64,000 nt of DNA. Source: Carcharhinus amblyrhynchos. Its lineage: Eukaryota. Numbering within the stretch: the stretch's first letter is position 1; the number at the start of each line of letters is the position of its first letter. The stretch is from positions 4,526,001 through 4,590,000 of the forward strand of contig OZ336876.1 of assembly GCA_965287045.1 (NCBI GenBank), read 5' to 3'. This document shows, piece by piece, positions 63,473 to 64,000 of the stretch. The notes below the pieces were generated by a model. The model saw nothing but the letters and a program-made list of their open reading frames with translations. It made no database searches and was not told where the DNA came from. A program made the translations under genes and the position numbers.

Positions 63473-64000
63473 TTCTAAATTAGGTCATCAATAAATATGG
63501 TTAATAGTTGAGAGCCTAACGCAGATCCTTCTGGAACATGGCAAGTTGCATCCTGCAAGTAACCTAAATATTTACATATTCCCCATCTCCTGATACTCTG
63601 TCAATTTCATAATAAGACCAATAATTTGCCTTCATTCCATGATTGAAACTTTAGGGAAGTCTGTCCAAATGCCTTCTGGATGTCCACATTTCTGCAAGCT
63701 AAGTCAGATTGTGGGGCACTGACAACTGAGGGAAAGTTTGGGGTGTGAGGTGGAACTGAAATTCTGTGTGATGCAATGGGCATATTTTGGTTAACCAAAT
63801 ATCCAAATCAGTAAATTGGATGATCAGTTAAAATGCAACTCTTTAATGGAATGCTGTGTAAAAATGAACAGAATCACAAAAAAAAACACTTAAACATGTT
63901 ATGATGTGGAGGTTGCTCCATTTTGAGATGTAACGTTGAATTCCCCAAAGGTGACTACCTCAGTTTGTAATCTGTTAAAAGTGTCTGAGAAGGTGAACTG

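Overview
Repeat-dense vertebrate genomic DNA. The repeat and gene content (CR1 LINEs, HE1/V-type SINEs, a Deu-type SINE, Penelope, Rex1/Babar, hAT) points to a cartilaginous fish, probably a shark; this is inference. One apparently intact host gene is present: a two-exon GPR139/GPR142-like class A GPCR (exon 1 7253-7319, missed by the ORF track; exon 2 17379-18283; 323 aa). A decayed tandem paralogue follows at about 23.3-28.0 kb. On the minus strand, converging on the GPCRs, is a fragmented NACHT-LRR (NLR) pseudogene with four recognisable exons between 34.7 and 60.1 kb. The rest is mostly mobile DNA: a degraded retroviral pro-pol remnant (about 1.0-4.7 kb), four copies of a young CR1 subfamily, an ORF1-less LINE that starts with a tRNA-like A/B-box head, a hAT element with TIRs and an 8-bp TSD, a solo LTR with a 4-bp TSD, and many SINEs. 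Nearly all short ORFs in the track are shadow or decayed TE frames. All family assignments come from motif recognition by eye, not database searches, and repeat boundaries are approximate.
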